A stretch of 60,860 bases of DNA, taken from Alphaproteobacteria bacterium (GTDB lineage: Bacteria > Pseudomonadota > Alphaproteobacteria > UBA8366 > JADFVY01). The stretch is taken from positions 1-60,860 of the forward strand of contig JBFGQV010000003.1 in NCBI GenBank assembly GCA_041563955.1. The letters are read 5' to 3'. A program made the position numbers and the translations under genes. Position 1 is the first letter of the stretch; each line of letters starts with the position of its first letter. Under the pieces are notes generated by a model. The model was not told where the DNA came from. It saw nothing but the letters and a program-made list of their open reading frames with translations, and did no database searches. Positions 38,426-47,846 of the stretch are shown here, piece by piece.

Positions 38426-40174
38426 TTAGCTGTCCAGCCAGACGTCCTGGAACTGGTGATAGAGCGTCGGATGGGTCTTAACGCCCTTGACCCGCTTGTT
38501 CGATGCCTTGAACACCGAACGCCAGAAGGGCTGCGGGATGACGGCATCACCTTGTAGGATCGATTCCGTCTTGACCATCTTCTTCTTGCGCTCGTTGACG
38601 TCCAGAGTCGCCTCGCAGTCGTCCAGGGCCTTGTCGAAGTCCGGATTGTTGTAGGCGGTCTCGTTCCACGGCACGCCGGCCCTATAGCCTAGCGACAGCA
38701 CCATGGTGCCAAGCGGACGGTGCGTCCAGGTGGTGTAGCCCCATGGCGCCTTGTCCCAGACCTCCCAGTACTGGTTGGCCGGCATCTTGTTGATGTTGAC
38801 GGTGATGCCGGCGGGCGCACACTGCTGCTTGAACACCGAGCAAGCCGCCGTCATCCACGAGCCGTCGGTATCGCCGTTGGCGATGGTCAGGTCGATACCG
38901 TTCGGATAACCGGCCTCCGCGAGCAACTTCTTGGCCATGTCGATGTCGCGCTTCAGCGGCGGCAGCTTGGCGTATTCCGGGTGGATCGGGCAGACATGGT
39001 GGTTTTCGGCCGGCTGCCCGAAGCCCTGGAACGCTGTCTTCAGGATTTCGTTGTGATCCATGCAGGCGGCCACGGCCTGACGCAGCTTCTTGTTGTCGAA
39101 GGGCTTCTCGGTAATACGGAAGCGCATAACCCCAGTCTGCGCCGTGGTGGCCTCGTGGATATCGACGAACGGCAAACGCTTGACGGTGGCGATGGCGTCG
39201 TTGGGGACGCGGTAGACCATGTCAACCTGCTGCGAGGCGAGGGCCGCGATCCAGGCGTTGGTGTCCTCGCCGTGATCGTAATAATGGATTTCATCCAGAT
39301 AGAAAGGTCCCGCCCACCAATCGCGGGTTTTCTTTAGGATTGCCCGTTCGCCGACAGCGAAATCGGCCAATTGGAAGGCGCCGGTGCCGATCGGGTTCTT
39401 CGAAAGATCGGCTTCGTAATCCTTGCCGAAACCCCGATGCACGATGGCTGTCGGGTAATTGTAGAAGTTCTCCGGCATGGCCAGGGCGGCCTGCTTCAAG
39501 TTGAACTTTATGGCATGTTCGTTAAGGATCTCGACGGCGCCCTCGATGCCGCGCTTGCCCATCACCGGCTTTCCGTCCTTGACCTTGCCGGTATCGTAAT
39601 CCTCGACCATGGCGCCGAACAAGCCCAGGTTCGAAGAACCGACCTTCGGGTCGAGCCAGCGGTTGACTGTGTGCGCCACGTCGGCCGAGCTGAAAGCATC
39701 GCCGTTGGACCATTTGACGTCCTTTCGCAGGTGGAAAACCCAGGATTTAAGGTCGTCCGAAGCTTCCCACTTCTCGGCCAGATAGGGCACGGTAACATTG
39801 TCAGACCGGGTGCGGGTCAGATGCTCAACGATGAAACGCGCCACGTTGGATCGTTCGGTCCAGGGGAACGTCGCCGGATCGGTCATTTCCTGGACGCGCA
39901 TGGAAACCTTGAGGATGCCACCGGCCTTGGGAGTCGCCGCCTCGGCGGTGCCTGCAAGCGACATCGAGTCGTCGGTCAACACGTCGGCCATGGAATAGGC
40001 AACACCAGCCGACATGCCGAGTAGGCAGGCCTGACGCAGGAAGTCGCGCCGCCCAATTTTCTTCTTATGAAGCTGGTCGCACAGTTCCGGCAGGTACTCG
40101 TGTGTTTCCCCCCCGAAGGCTTTCTCCAAGGGCAGCATGTAGCGTTTGTCGCGCGATAAATATTTTCTGCTCAT
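38426..40174 (-). CDS. ABC transporter substrate-binding protein, family 5 (peptide/nickel/opine type), Tat-exported
   Basis: 582 aa. Twin-arginine signal GRRDFLRQACLLGMSAGVAYS and SBP_bac_5-like length and pattern. Ligand unknown. Confidence 0.8.
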   Translation of the reverse strand: MSRKYLSRDKRYMLPLEKAFGGETHEYLPELCDQLHKKKIGRRDFLRQACLLGMSAGVAYSMADVLTDDSMSLAGTAEAATPKAGGILKVSMRVQEMTDPATFPWTERSNVARFIVEHLTRTRSDNVTVPYLAEKWEASDDLKSWVFHLRKDVKWSNGDAFSSADVAHTVNRWLDPKVGSSNLGLFGAMVEDYDTGKVKDGKPVMGKRGIEGAVEILNEHAIKFNLKQAALAMPENFYNYPTAIVHRGFGKDYEADLSKNPIGTGAFQLADFAVGERAILKKTRDWWAGPFYLDEIHYYDHGEDTNAWIAALASQQVDMVYRVPNDAIATVKRLPFVDIHEATTAQTGVMRFRITEKPFDNKKLRQAVAACMDHNEILKTAFQGFGQPAENHHVCPIHPEYAKLPPLKRDIDMAKKLLAEAGYPNGIDLTIANGDTDGSWMTAACSVFKQQCAPAGITVNINKMPANQYWEVWDKAPWGYTTWTHRPLGTMVLSLGYRAGVPWNETAYNNPDFDKALDDCEATLDVNERKKKMVKTESILQGDAVIPQPFWRSVFKASNKRVKGVKTHPTLYHQFQDVWLDS

Positions 40175-40475
40175 TTGAGCTACTCCCTGTTTGATTTATT
40201 GTGGCGTTTGCCTTGCCGATGCAGGTTGTGCTGCGATCGAAACTTGCTCAAAGGCTGCAATTAATGGACACGCCCTGTCAAGAACGGACTATAAGATTCA
40301 CGACCATCGCCCGATGCTGAGCGTCATTTGGCGGCCCCCGGGGCCGGCAAAAAAACCACAATTAATGCAAGGCCTTCGGACTTGAGCGCTGATGCGCGCC
40401 GCGACTGCGTTGCGAGACAATCCGTCGCTTACAGACAAATCGCGGCGCGTCGTGCCGTCGGAAGTTCGGGGTCGC

Positions 40476-41147
40476 TCAGAAATCCTTGGGCAGCTCCAGC
40501 GTATCCTGCCACAGCGCTTCCTCGACGTCGATTCCCTTCGCCCGCAGCTTGTCGCCGTACCCGTCCAGCCAGCGCTGGAAGCTGGGCTCGGTCTCGTAGC
40601 CCTTCTCCTTGACGTAGCGGAACTGGAAATAGAAGTGGAATGGCTTGAAATAGCCTGGCACCCGGTGCACTTCCGCCACACCGCCGCTCTTGCCCTTCGC
40701 CGCCTCGGGCGAGTCCGGAAAGAACTGAAAGGTCGGGGTGAAGAGCACGCGCCATTTGCGCGCCAGCCGCTTTTCGGTCGTCACCTCCCCGTCGAAGTCT
40801 GTGACCTCACGGTCGCCCCACATGTTGAGCTGCAGGACAAAGAAGTTGTTCTTCACGTAGTCGACGATGCGGGGGATCCGGAAATTCACCTCGTGCGTCT
40901 GCTTGCAATAGGGACAGCCCCGCTGCTCCCAGATGATGACCAGCCGCCGACCCGAGTCCGCAGCCTCCTTCAGATCCTCGGACAGGTCTAGGAACGTCTC
41001 CTGGAACCAGGGCTGTTTGTGCAGGCCGTCATCGCCCACTTCCGGCAGCGGTAGCATGCCACCCCCGGTCGCAGCGGCGGCGGCGCCGCCGGCAAGGGCG
41101 AGCGTCAGAGCCATCGTCATGCCGTGCAGCCATCTTGCTGAAAACAT
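40476..41147 (-). CDS. Periplasmic thioredoxin-fold protein with a CPYC motif (SoxW-like by context), paralog 1
   Basis: 223 aa with a signal peptide. The redox motif is WEQRGCPYCKQTH. Clear paralog of 41273..41869. Confidence 0.6.
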   Translation of the reverse strand: MFSARWLHGMTMALTLALAGGAAAAATGGGMLPLPEVGDDGLHKQPWFQETFLDLSEDLKEAADSGRRLVIIWEQRGCPYCKQTHEVNFRIPRIVDYVKNNFFVLQLNMWGDREVTDFDGEVTTEKRLARKWRVLFTPTFQFFPDSPEAAKGKSGGVAEVHRVPGYFKPFHFYFQFRYVKEKGYETEPSFQRWLDGYGDKLRAKGIDVEEALWQDTLELPKDF

Positions 41148-41272
41148 CGTCTCGCTCCCTCCGACCCGATTGCGCCTCGGCGCGACTAGCTACCGCGCAT
41201 GCCCACGAATCATACCATGCCTACCCTCCGGACCACAGGTCGCGGCCGGCCGGTTCACGGCAAAGTGTCCGG

Positions 41273-41869
41273 CTATTGCTGCACCAGTTGCCGCTTCAGA
41301 TACGCCCGGAAGGCCTCGCTTCCATAGGCCTCCTCCCGCACGTAGCGGAACATCGCAAGGAAATGCGGCGGCTGGAAGTAGCCCGCCATCTGCGCCACCG
41401 TCCGCTCCTTGGGCGGCAACTCCGCCAGGCCATCCGCCGCCGTCGGAAAGAACAGGAAAGTGGGCGAGAAGCGGACGCCGTATTTGCGCGCCAACTCGCG
41501 CTCCTCGACCTCCTCGCCGTCGAAATCGACGACCATCCGCGAACCCTGCAGGTTCAGCTGGAGGATCACGAAGTTCGCCGCAGCGAAGCTGCGGATCTGC
41601 GGATCCTGGAAGTTGACGAAATGCGTTTCCTTGCAGTAGGGACAGCCCTTGAGCTCCCACATGATGGCGAATCGCTTGCCCGCCGCCCGCGCCTCCTCGA
41701 GGTCGTCCCGAAGATCAAGGAAGCTCTCGAGAAACCAGGATTCGGTGTAGAGCCCGTCCTCCGTGAGGATCGGCCCCTCTGCGCCCGTGGCCGGAGCAGC
41801 GGCGAGAAACAAGGCCGCGATCAACATCGCTCCGGCCGCCGGAAGCCCCCGACGTCGGGACAGGGTCAT
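41273..41869 (-). CDS. Periplasmic thioredoxin-fold protein with a CPYC motif (SoxW-like by context), paralog 2
   Basis: 198 aa from the internal ATG, which has a GGAGG RBS (MTLSRRRGLPAAGAML...). The redox motif is WELKGCPYCKETH. Confidence 0.6.
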   Translation of the reverse strand: MTLSRRRGLPAAGAMLIAALFLAAAPATGAEGPILTEDGLYTESWFLESFLDLRDDLEEARAAGKRFAIMWELKGCPYCKETHFVNFQDPQIRSFAAANFVILQLNLQGSRMVVDFDGEEVEERELARKYGVRFSPTFLFFPTAADGLAELPPKERTVAQMAGYFQPPHFLAMFRYVREEAYGSEAFRAYLKRQLVQQ

Positions 41870-42017
41870 GGCATTCCTCCCGCCGTAACGGTCCGGATCG
41901 CGTGCCGTCCGATCCGGATACCAACATATTCGAGTTTTCATATGTTAGCATAAGGGGTAGCTTCTGCGGAAAGCGAAAATCTGGCGACAGCCTGCGCAGA
42001 CAGGAAAGGGCGTGGCG

Positions 42018-42788
42018 ATGAGATATCGGACGGTCACCGGTCCGCAGCGAGGCGTTTTGTTTGGATGCGGCGCGGCAGTGCTGGCCGCAGCGCTCTTGCT
42101 TGGTGCGCCGGCACGCACGGCCCACGCCGGTGAGCTTCGCGCCTTCAACGCAGCGTTTGCCGACGCCTGGACGCATTACCGGCAGGCGCTGTTCTACGGT
42201 CGGACCGGAAACGTCGCAGTCGCCGCGCTCGAACTCGACGAATTCACCGGCAAATGGTCGGCGCTTGTGGCACGGTTCGGCGAGTCGCCCCCGGATGCCT
42301 TCGCCGACGACGGCACATGGGGGGCGACCCTGGGGGCGATCGGCACCGCCGCGCAACAGGGGCTCGATCATTTTGACGCGGGCGACGCCGAGGCGGCGGG
42401 CACGGCGCTGGAGCCGATCCGCCGCATCGCAGGGGACCTGCGCCGGCGCAACGGCGTTACGGTCTATTCCGACGATATCGACGAGCTGAGCGCTGCGATG
42501 GACGTGCTGGCGCGGTACCGGCGCGAGGTACGGGACCTTGCCGACGGCGAGGCGCGGGACCGCGTGACGCGGCAAGCCGCGGTGGTCGCCTATCTGTTCG
42601 AGAAGTGCGACGCACGGGCGTCCGCGAAGGTGCGGGACGACCCCGAATTCCGGCGCCTCGTAACCGGCGCGCGGGACAGCATGAACAAGCTCTGGACATC
42701 GCTGGAAACGGGCGACATTCGCCTGTACCGAATCGGCATCGGCGAGCTGCGCTCCTACGAGAGGATCCTGTTCCTGCGCTTCGGCTGA
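42018..42788 (+). CDS. Hypothetical secreted protein embedded in the sox locus
   Basis: 256 aa (ATG 42018; a GTG at 42012 is also possible). Signal peptide ..AALLLGAPARTAHA. Predicted to be mostly helical. I recognise no family. Confidence 0.5.
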   Translation: MRYRTVTGPQRGVLFGCGAAVLAAALLLGAPARTAHAGELRAFNAAFADAWTHYRQALFYGRTGNVAVAALELDEFTGKWSALVARFGESPPDAFADDGTWGATLGAIGTAAQQGLDHFDAGDAEAAGTALEPIRRIAGDLRRRNGVTVYSDDIDELSAAMDVLARYRREVRDLADGEARDRVTRQAAVVAYLFEKCDARASAKVRDDPEFRRLVTGARDSMNKLWTSLETGDIRLYRIGIGELRSYERILFLRFG

Positions 42789-42799
42789 GGTTGCGCGGA

Positions 42800-43543
42800 T
42801 CAGCCGACCCGGCCGAACTGTGGAAAGGTCTCGAGCAGCCAGTTGCCGATATCGTTGATGCCGCCGGTGATGAACAGGATGCCGGTGGCGACCAGCAGCG
42901 CCCCCATCGCCCGCTCGACCCAGACGATGTGGCGGCGGAACCGCGCCATGAATTTCAGGAACAGCGGTGCGAACAGCGCCGCCGCGACGAACGGCACGCC
43001 GATACCGCCAGCATAGGCGGCGAGCAGCGTCGCGCCCCGCATCGCCGAGTCCTCGCTGGCCGCGACCATCAGGATGGCGGCCAGCACCGGGCCGACGCAG
43101 GGCGTCCAGCCAAACGCGAAGGCAAGGCCGACGACATAGGCGCCGACGATGCCGGCCGGTTTGCGCTCCAGGTGGAAACGTGCCTCGCGATAGAGCAGGG
43201 CGATCCGGAATACGCCAAGGAAATGCAGGCCGAGGCCGATGATCAGAACACCGGCGACGACCGACAGCAGGTCGATGTTGTCGACGACGATGCGGCCGAG
43301 CGCCGAGGCGGTGGCGCCGAAAGCGACGAACACGGTGGCGAAGCCGAGGACGAAGACCACCGATGACAGAACGACCCGAATCGATGCGGCGCGTTCGACG
43401 GCCGCGCCGTCCTCGAGCTGCTTGAGGCTGACGCCGCCGAGGAAGCACAGATAGGGCGGCACCAGCGGCAGGATGCAGGGCGACAGGAAGCTCAGCATGC
43501 CGGCGATGAATGCGCCGTAATAGGTGGCGTCTAGACCGGGCAT
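42800..43543 (-). CDS. soxV: CcdA/DsbD-family membrane thiol:disulfide electron transporter (SoxV-like)
   Basis: 247 aa, multi-TM. Conserved FLSPCILPLVPPY and WTPCVGPVLAAIL motifs of CcdA. The sox context suggests SoxV. Confidence 0.75.
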   Translation of the reverse strand: MPGLDATYYGAFIAGMLSFLSPCILPLVPPYLCFLGGVSLKQLEDGAAVERAASIRVVLSSVVFVLGFATVFVAFGATASALGRIVVDNIDLLSVVAGVLIIGLGLHFLGVFRIALLYREARFHLERKPAGIVGAYVVGLAFAFGWTPCVGPVLAAILMVAASEDSAMRGATLLAAYAGGIGVPFVAAALFAPLFLKFMARFRRHIVWVERAMGALLVATGILFITGGINDIGNWLLETFPQFGRVG

Positions 43544-43570
43544 GATTGCGTCTTTCGTCCCGTGCCGGCG

Positions 43571-45259
43571 TCAGGCGCCGATGACCCGGATGTTCCTGTT
43601 GTCCGGGATGGTGACGACCTGCTTGCGCTCGATGTACTTGCTGACGACATTCCAGATCGGCGGGCCCTCGGTGCCCTCGTTCACCGACGCCCAGCCGGAC
43701 ACGACGTAATTGCGCGCCGGATCGATCGGCTTTCCGGTTTTCAGAAGGCGCATGTCGGAGATCCGTTCGCCCATCTTGTTGTTCGGCGCGATAGCATAGG
43801 ACATGCCGCCGACCCGGACCATGTCGCCGCCCTGCTGGTAATACGGGTCCGGGTTGAACAGGTTGTCCGCGACATCCTCCAGGATCACCTTCAGGAACTC
43901 GCCGGTGAACTCGGTCCGATAGACGGCGGGATAGGTGATGGAGGTCTGGTTGTGGACATCCTCGACCGTGATCTCCTGACCCGGCAGCAGCGTTGCGCCC
44001 CAGCGGAAGCCCGGCGACAGAGCAATCTCGGCGTCGCGTTCCTCGAGCAGGGCGTTGCAGATCAGATCGTCGAACGTGCCGTTGAAATTGCCGCGGCGGT
44101 ACAAAAGGCTCTCGGTCTTTCCGAGCACCTTCGCCAGCGTGGCCTCGTGCGGCGTCCGGATCTCCGCGACCAGCGCCGCGATTTCCGGATCCGGCGCGAT
44201 CACATCCGAGAACACCGGGATCAGCCGGTAGCGGTAGCCGGCCACCTTGCCGTCCTTCACGTCGAGGTCAAGCCGCGACAGGAACTTGCCATGGGATCCG
44301 GAGGCGACGAGCAACGTGCCGTTCTCCTTTAGCACCACCGGCAGCGCGTCGTGGGTATGCCCTGTCAGGATCACGTCGATGCCGTCGACGCGGCTCGCCA
44401 GCTTGCGGTCGACGTCGAAGCCGTTGTGGCTGAGCAGGACGACCAGACCGGCGCCGGCAGCCCGCGCCTCGTCGACGAGTTCACGTACGCGGGCCTCCTG
44501 GATGCCGAAGCTCCAGGTCGGGATCTTGTACCGCGGATTGGCCACAGGCGTGTAAGGGAAGGCCTGGCCGACCACGCCGATCTTGACTCCGCCGCGCTCG
44601 AAATAGGCGACGCCGTCGAACACCGGCTCTTCCCATTCGGTATCGCGCACGTTGCCGGCGAGAAACGGGAACTCCAGCTGCTCGACGAGTTCCTGCACAC
44701 GGTCGGTGCCGTAGGTGAACTCCCAGTGCGCGGTCATGGCGTCCGTCGCCAGCGCATTCATCGCGCGCACCATGTCGGCGCCCTGTGTCTGCAGCGAGGT
44801 GTACGATCCCTGCCAGGTGTCGCCACTGTCCAGGAACAGCGTATTGTCCGGCCGCTGGGCCCGGATCGCCTTGATCAGCGTGGCCAGCCGGTCGAGTCCC
44901 CCGACCCGGCCGTAGCTCCTCGCGAGCGCGACGAAGTCCTCGCTGGTCAACGCATAGGCCTCGGGCGATGTCGCCCGAATCGAGAACTTCTTGAGGAAGT
45001 CCTTGCCGGTGATATGCGGCGGCAGGCCGTGCACCTCGCCGACGCCGAGATTGATCGACGGCTCCCGGAAATACAGCGGGACCAGCTGCGCGTGAATGTC
45101 GGTGATATGCAGCAGCGTGACCTGGCCGAGCGGGTCGAAACGAAGCAGGTCGTCCTGGGTGATGTGCTGGCGTGCGGCGGCCCGCGAGAGGGAGCCGGCG
45201 CCCCCCATCAGCGTTGCCGTGGCCGCGGCCAGGGTAAAGAAGTCACGGCGCGTGAACAT
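43571..45259 (-). CDS. soxB: Thiosulfohydrolase SoxB (dimanganese 5'-nucleotidase-family)
   Basis: 562 aa. Tat signal MFTRRDFFTL. DIHAQL, DSGDTWQGS and GHTHD metallophosphatase motifs. Positioned after soxA. Confidence 0.92.
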   Translation of the reverse strand: MFTRRDFFTLAAATATLMGGAGSLSRAAARQHITQDDLLRFDPLGQVTLLHITDIHAQLVPLYFREPSINLGVGEVHGLPPHITGKDFLKKFSIRATSPEAYALTSEDFVALARSYGRVGGLDRLATLIKAIRAQRPDNTLFLDSGDTWQGSYTSLQTQGADMVRAMNALATDAMTAHWEFTYGTDRVQELVEQLEFPFLAGNVRDTEWEEPVFDGVAYFERGGVKIGVVGQAFPYTPVANPRYKIPTWSFGIQEARVRELVDEARAAGAGLVVLLSHNGFDVDRKLASRVDGIDVILTGHTHDALPVVLKENGTLLVASGSHGKFLSRLDLDVKDGKVAGYRYRLIPVFSDVIAPDPEIAALVAEIRTPHEATLAKVLGKTESLLYRRGNFNGTFDDLICNALLEERDAEIALSPGFRWGATLLPGQEITVEDVHNQTSITYPAVYRTEFTGEFLKVILEDVADNLFNPDPYYQQGGDMVRVGGMSYAIAPNNKMGERISDMRLLKTGKPIDPARNYVVSGWASVNEGTEGPPIWNVVSKYIERKQVVTIPDNRNIRVIGA

Positions 45260-45331
45260 CGGGGAACGGTCTCCGAAAAATAAGGGGGGATGCGAACGGT
45301 CGCTCCCCCCGATTGCGCTCTCGTGGTCGTC

Positions 45332-46135
45332 CTAGTTGCGTACGGATGGCGACTCGACCGGCAGGCCGCGGCCCCGCCACGCGAGGAAGAGTTCGAGATT
45401 CACGTACTCGTCCGAACCGTAATCGTACGGCGTCGCGCGGACCTGGCTGTTGCAGCCTCGGATGCGGCGGTGCAGCGAGCCGATCTTCTGCCATTTCAGG
45501 CGATAGGTCGGGAATCCGTTGCTGTGCCCCTGGCTGAGCAGGTTGGCGCGGATCATGTTGCCGGCATTGTCCTCGTGGCAGTGCTTGCAGGCCATGTCGA
45601 GCTGGCCGCGACGCTGGAAATAGAACTCTTTGCCCTTGAGGAAGAAGTCCTTGCTCGGCCCGCCGATGTCGACGGCCACGGGCATGTCGCGCGACTGGTA
45701 CTTCACGAAGGCCGTCATGCCGAGCATCTCGTTCGACTCGTATTTGTAGGGCTTGGCCTTCATGTATTTTTCGCGGCATTCGTTGATGCGCAGTTCGACG
45801 TTGATCAGCTTGCCCCAGGGCTCGTAGTACACGGGATATCGCGCAGCCACTCCCTTCATCGATTTCGCCGCATCGTCGTGGCAGTCCGCACACGACTTGT
45901 TGGCCTCGCCGTCCTTGGTCGACCAGAGCTCGGCCCCGTAGTCCAGCGCGAGCATGGCCGGATTTTCGAAATCGTCGTCCTGGATCGCCCGGGTCTCCGG
46001 CTCGGCAAAGGTATAGCCGCTGCGAAGCTCCCCGACCTGGTATTTGCCCCAGTCGCCGTCGGTGAGACCCACCGCCGGTAACCCGGCCAACACCGCCGCT
46101 GCCGCACCCAGTCCGATTAACTGTTTCACCTGCAT
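45332..46135 (-). CDS. soxA: SoxA, dihaem c-type cytochrome subunit of SoxAX
   Basis: About 267 aa from MQVKQLIG, which has a GAGAGGAAA RBS. Two CxxCH motifs (CADCH, CKHCH) and the conserved ..RIRGCN.. segment. Confidence 0.88.
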   Translation of the reverse strand: MQVKQLIGLGAAAAVLAGLPAVGLTDGDWGKYQVGELRSGYTFAEPETRAIQDDDFENPAMLALDYGAELWSTKDGEANKSCADCHDDAAKSMKGVAARYPVYYEPWGKLINVELRINECREKYMKAKPYKYESNEMLGMTAFVKYQSRDMPVAVDIGGPSKDFFLKGKEFYFQRRGQLDMACKHCHEDNAGNMIRANLLSQGHSNGFPTYRLKWQKIGSLHRRIRGCNSQVRATPYDYGSDEYVNLELFLAWRGRGLPVESPSVRN

Positions 46136-46195
46136 CCGGTATTTCCTCTCTTTTGTCATTTCGGGTCTCCTCGCCCTTCGTGCTCCGGCTGCCGG

Positions 46196-46522
46196 TCAAC
46201 TCACCGCAAGTTGGGCCGACTTAACGTAGGTCTCGCCGTTGTCGTCCTGCCAGGTGAAATCCAGTTTGCCGCTTTCCGTGGCGCGGATGTGAAACGCCAT
46301 ATACGGGTTTGCCGAGATGGCGGGATGCCAGTCGGCGCTGAAGATCACCTTGTCGTTCAAGGTGCAGGTGAACTTGTTGATGATCTGCCGCGGAATGACC
46401 TTGCCTTCCTTGTCCTTGCGCAGACCGGTTTCCATCTTGTGCGAGATCAGGGTCTTGATCTCGACGATTTCCCCTTTGGTCGCCGATTTCGGCACCTTGA
46501 TGCGGGGCTTGGCGCTTGCCAT
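46196..46522 (-). CDS. soxZ: SoxZ sulfur-carrier complex subunit
   Basis: 108 aa. KGEIVEIKTLISHKMETG and ANPYMAFH, typical of SoxZ. Confidence 0.9.
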   Translation of the reverse strand: MASAKPRIKVPKSATKGEIVEIKTLISHKMETGLRKDKEGKVIPRQIINKFTCTLNDKVIFSADWHPAISANPYMAFHIRATESGKLDFTWQDDNGETYVKSAQLAVS

Positions 46523-46551
46523 GTTCGAATCTCCCTTCGGATACCTGTTTG

Positions 46552-47019
46552 TCAGCCGCCGCAGCCGCCGATCGTAACCTTGACCTCGACGGTCTCGCGA
46601 TAGACGCTGCCGTCACTCATTTCCGCAACCGCGACCACGTTCTGCGTCCTCAGAAGACGCATGCGCGTCGAAGCCTTCGCGACCCCGTTAGCCGGGGTGA
46701 AGTGTAGCGTGGCGACCTGCGGGTTCGGGTTGCCCTCGGCGAAGATGTGCACCGTCTTCACGTAGTTGTTGGCGGTCATCGGGCTGTCGACTTCGACGCC
46801 GACCGGCACCGTGTTGCCGTTCTCGGCGATCTGCGGCAGATCGAGGGTGATGCGCCCCGACTTTAAATTGGCGCTGCCGACCGCATTCTTGATGGCCGCG
46901 TCAACGGCCGCCTTGTCCGCAGCCGCGGTGCCCGGAAGCAATCCCGTACCGGCGGCCGCAGCGGCCGCACCGGTGAGCACCAGCACGTGCCGGCGGGTCA
47001 CTTTTGATGCTGAGTCCAT
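46552..47019 (-). CDS. soxY: SoxY sulfur-carrier protein
   Basis: About 155 aa. Tat signal VTRRHVLVL and the diagnostic C-terminal GGCGG. The start at 47019 or 47028 is preferred over the ORF-track start at 47097. Confidence 0.92.
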   Translation of the reverse strand: MDSASKVTRRHVLVLTGAAAAAAGTGLLPGTAAADKAAVDAAIKNAVGSANLKSGRITLDLPQIAENGNTVPVGVEVDSPMTANNYVKTVHIFAEGNPNPQVATLHFTPANGVAKASTRMRLLRTQNVVAVAEMSDGSVYRETVEVKVTIGGCGG

Positions 47020-47109
47020 TCGAGTCATTCCCTTGGTTCCTCGGTCCTTCGAATTCGAAAGTCTGGTGGTTCGGGCGGCCGCCGCTGTACCGCGCACGGC
47101 CCCGGCGCA

Positions 47110-47670
47110 TTACTCCGTCAGCGTCTCGAGATACGCCACGACGTCCTCGATCTCCTGAGCCGAGAGCATCGTTTTGCCCTCGAAGCCCTTGAGCACCCGG
47201 TGAAATCCGTTTGCCCAGTAGAACGCCGGCATGATGCTGTCGGGGTTGACGAATTTCGGATTGACGACGCGCAAGCGCAGTTCGCCGGTACCGTACCGGC
47301 TGCCGACACCGGCGAGGTCCGGACCGACTTCGCCGTGGAACGGCTGATCCGGTATCGGCATGGTATGGCAGGCGAGGCAGTTGCCCTTCTTGCGGTCGAT
47401 CGCCACTTTCCTGCCGTTTTCCGCGTCGCCGGGCTGTCGCGTCAGCGACTTCGGGATGCTGTTCCCGTCCTTGACGCTGTACTTGACCATTTCTTCTGCA
47501 CCGGCACCGTCCGCCATGAGAGCGACGGCCAGTAATCCGGCGAAGCCGAGAATGGGGTTCCGGTATCGTCCTCGTTTCAAGGTTTCCTCCCGTCGGCTCG
47601 GAATTTTCGCTTCCGAAGCCTGTTTGGTTTTTGCGCAAGGGGTCAGGCAGGAAACGCTTTCACCCCTCAT
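47110..47670 (-). CDS. soxX: SoxX monohaem c-type cytochrome subunit of SoxAX
   Basis: CLACH haem motif and position upstream of soxYZAB. The true start may be the TTG at 47580, which is preceded by GGAGGA and would give a 156-aa precursor with a signal peptide. Confidence 0.8.
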   Translation of the reverse strand: MRGESVSCLTPCAKTKQASEAKIPSRREETLKRGRYRNPILGFAGLLAVALMADGAGAEEMVKYSVKDGNSIPKSLTRQPGDAENGRKVAIDRKKGNCLACHTMPIPDQPFHGEVGPDLAGVGSRYGTGELRLRVVNPKFVNPDSIMPAFYWANGFHRVLKGFEGKTMLSAQEIEDVVAYLETLTE

Positions 47671-47697
47671 CCCGTCAGGTCATTCTTGGTTTTTCGC

Positions 47698-47720
47698 AAT
47701 CATATTCGGAAAACATGATT
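47698..47720. promoter_or_regulatory. Inverted repeat AATCAT-N11-ATGATT in the soxX / soxS-like divergent promoter region (candidate SoxR operator); TATAAT at 47743-47748
   Basis: Read directly from an AT-rich 176-bp intergenic region between divergent genes. Confidence 0.4.
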
Positions 47721-47846
47721 TATCAAGATCGAATGTGAATGCTATAATGTTGCCTCAAGGCATGCCGGCAAGGCAAGCGCCGAGGAACGGCGCGGGGCGG
47801 ATGCCGCGGTACGGTACGGAGCGCGAGAGTTAAACTGGGTCCGAAA

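Noticed and set aside
40318-40350. GC-rich hairpin GGCGGCCCCCGGGGCCGGC next to an A7 run, as a terminator between the sox and ABC loci
   Set aside because: On the plus strand the hairpin is followed by A's, and on the minus strand the T-run precedes the hairpin. Neither orientation gives the stem-then-U-tract geometry of an intrinsic terminator.
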